Shown: positions 62,201-64,000 of the stretch, one piece after another
Layout of the letters: every line of letters starts with the position of its first letter
Position numbering within the stretch: the first letter of the stretch is position 1
Assembly (NCBI GenBank): GCA_964199315.1
Contig: OZ116700.1
Coordinates: forward strand, 4,154,001 to 4,218,000
From: Orbicella franksi
Taxonomy: Eukaryota
Direction: 5' to 3'
Length of the DNA stretch: 64,000 bases
Translations under genes and position numbers: made by a program
Notes under the pieces: generated by a model
What the model was told of the DNA's origin: nothing
Databases searched by the model: none
Seen by the model: the letters and a program-made list of their open reading frames with translations, nothing else

Positions 62201-64000
62201 AAGTAGATTATGAGCAGGACCCCATCCAGAAACAGATCAGAGAGCTGACAAACATTATCACAGAAAATAAACATTACCTTAACCGATCCCTCTCCTGGAT
62301 AGACATATTTTCCCAGTATGCCAAAAGCTCTGGGAAAAACATCACCGGTCAAGGCTTTTTACCTGAATTGAAAGCATTCCTCAGCATTCCCGATTATGCT
62401 TATTTCAATCAAGACTTGAAGTTCTCCGAGGATGGCAACAAACTGGTAGCTTCTCGCGTCCTGGGTTTCATGAAGAATGACGGCAGCTCCACCTTCCAGA
62501 AAAACGCCATGCTCACTCTCCGAGATGACATCGCAGAAAAAACCGAACTCGATGCCTTCCCAATTACTCGATTTTTTATTTTCTTTGAACAGTACGCTAT
62601 AACATCAAGGGAAACCTTAAGGAACCTGATAATTGCGGGCATAGCGGTACTAGTCGTCACAAGTCCCTTCTTGGTGGACTGTACCGTAACGTTCATCGTG
62701 GTCCTCAACTTTGCAGCCCTGATATGTGAGTTGTTTGGACTGATGGTTATCTGGAATGTGTCCCTTAACTCCGTGTCCATGATCAACCTTGTAATGGCTA
62801 TTGGGTTCGCAGTCGATTACAGCGCGCACATTGCACATGCTTACATAACGTCAAGCATGGTTACAGCCAATGACCGAGTAGTGGATGCATTGAGCACACT
62901 GGGAGCGAGTGTCTTCATGGGAGGTAAGTGCGATGGTGTGTGGATTAAGTATTGAAATGTTAGTGAGTATAACCGGCAAATAAATCAGAATTTTAACAGA
63001 AAGGGCTTGCACCAGAATATAAACAACCAACACACAGAAAACACCGGGGGTTCTTACTTTTGCACCCCTTACTACGTTCAGAAACTAGTAACATCAATGG
63101 AGAACTTTAAGCTATGAACAAGTTTTTTCTCTTTTTACGATCGGTTTCTGTGGCTTGCCTTTTGAATGGTATTTCTTCAAAGGCTACCTTCTGCGGGTTT
63201 TGTCAAATGTCCTAACCAATTTCTCGGTGCATATTCAGTTGTGCAGCTCTGGGTCGATTGAATGATTCAGAGTAAGCATATTGTGTATTTCGGCAAAATC
63301 AAGAGCCAGGAGGGATGAACATATCTCGAAATCAGTTAAAATATCTCAAAGAAGTTTCTTTGATTGCTGAACATCTGGATAGCCCAAAGAATTACAAACA
63401 AAGCATAGCTTTCTTCTTTTTATTAATAGTTAGCCTGGTTTAGTGAAGGGAACTAAAGCATACCGTGGTAACCTTCTTGTGTCATTTTGCTTAAGGTATC
63501 AACGTGTCTGTCTTCTTCTTTTTGCTTGTTTTCAGGATTCAGTACGTTCCTTGGCATGGTCGTTCTGGCGTTCGCCTCTTCGGAGATCTTCCGAATATTC
63601 TTCCGAATGTTCTTTGGAATTGTAGTGCTTGGCCTTCTTCACGGCCTGTGTATTATGCCAGTTCACCTGTCGTTCCTGTGCTGGAGACCCGCTATCGCCC
63701 GACCCCCCTCGGTAGGAGACAGTACTGAGAAACGGAACAGCACTGGCAAGAAAGATCGACACAGCAAAGCAGCTGACAGAAGCCTCCGGATGGTACCAAT
63801 TGGAAGTGAAGACACTGAAGATTTCACTGAAGTATTCAGTAAGCGAAGCAACGATGATCATACCCGCCAGAAAGACGGAGCAGACGGCGCTCAGCAGGGA
63901 GTGACTAGTGATAATGTCAAGTTAGGAATTCAGAACAAGGGAATTGAACTTGATGAAGAGCTCAAGGAGGCAAAAGAAGGTGACAAGAAAAAGGAAAACT
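56163..64000 (+). CDS. Patched-domain-containing protein (PTCHD3/NPC1-like RND/SSD family), spliced, 3' end beyond window
   Basis: Exons (56163-56248 or 58356-58432), 60107-61327, 61779-62923, 63536->64000. Canonical LPFLVLGIGIDDMFIM, FPAIK|YFC, MAIGFAVDYSAHI and GLLHGL motifs. Confidence 0.92.
57050..57745. mobile_element. Internally deleted ISL2EU-type (PHIS) transposon with convergent THAP-transposase and SWIM/YqaJ-gene 5' remnants
   Basis: Plus strand: PDP..LKGW...WPDLTSGDLYTYLIETPGIYTKESLKSFKSLEA...SQRINDQPH. Minus strand: MPVSYCVINCTNR...F[fs]RF...KRTAWINAVRRKDWTPS (THAP). Inverted gtggttggcaaaa motif near both ends; ends approximate. Confidence 0.65.
58356..58432 (+). CDS. Candidate alternative first exon 1b of the Patched-domain gene (MASRNEEIICCASDEITTTNNQNLK)
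   Basis: ATG...AG|gtacct phase-2 donor; several differences from exon 1a are synonymous. Confidence 0.6.
59283..59447. mobile_element. Mutator-like MITE (TAGCCTGC ends, 9-bp TSD) in the first intron of the Patched-domain gene
   Basis: ~55-bp TIRs; exact TSD aattattac at 59274-59282 and 59448-59456. Confidence 0.85.
60107..61327 (+). CDS. Patched-domain gene exon: TM1, luminal loop 1, SSD TM2-5
   Basis: ORF-track start 60168 is TTG; the frame is open back to the acceptor at 60107 (an alternative phase-2 acceptor exists at 60161); donor AA|gtaaga. Confidence 0.88.
61779..62923 (+). CDS. Patched-domain gene exon: TM6-TM11
   Basis: tttag|G TAT TTC; donor GGAG|gtaagt. Confidence 0.92.
63536..64000 (+). 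CDS. Patched-domain gene exon: TM11 end, TM12, charged cytosolic tail (open at window end)
   Basis: ttttcag|GA; GFSTFLGMVVLAFASSEIFRIFFRMFFGIVVLGLLHGLCIMP. Missed by the ORF track because no stop lies in the window. Confidence 0.92.

Noticed and set aside
60021-63861. Minus-strand ORFs overlapping the Patched-domain gene
   Set aside because: Antisense shadows of a well-supported plus-strand gene.

Overview
Eukaryotic, intron-containing, AT-rich animal DNA. It is most likely a stony coral or other cnidarian, inferred from repeat families recalled from such genomes and not from a database search. The window holds three large spliced genes and many transposon remnants. (1) Two tandem minus-strand paralogous type I polyketide/fatty-acid-type synthases, PKS-A (9874 to <1, 3' end outside the window) and PKS-B (41695 to 25140, 12 exons reconstructed by hand, about 3,556 aa plus an unresolved N-terminal exon). 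Each begins with a complete, roughly 12-TM Patched/NPC1-type (sterol-sensing-domain, RND-fold) membrane protein fused in frame, within one ~5.7-kb exon, to KS-AT-DH. The remaining domains are pseudoKR-ER(degenerate)-KR-ACP-TE. In PKS-B the TE is followed by a PH-like domain encoded partly by two small exons, and the ORF track does not connect them to the gene. (2) A free-standing Patched-domain (PTCHD3/NPC1-like) gene on the plus strand, head-to-head with PKS-B, with two paralogous alternative first exons. The main lead is this membrane-anchored Patched-PKS(-PH) megasynthase pair plus an intact RND-type transporter, a candidate animal lipid/polyketide synthesis-and-export cluster. Intergenic and intronic DNA contains a Tx1/L1-type LINE end that duplicated a 5' splice site, tRNA-derived SINEs, Kolobok-, Mutator-, PHIS- and hAT-type elements, a triple-nested insertion and duplicated non-coding blocks. 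No rRNA, true tRNA gene or CRISPR array is supported. Exon boundaries come from manual GT-AG and phase analysis and need transcript confirmation.
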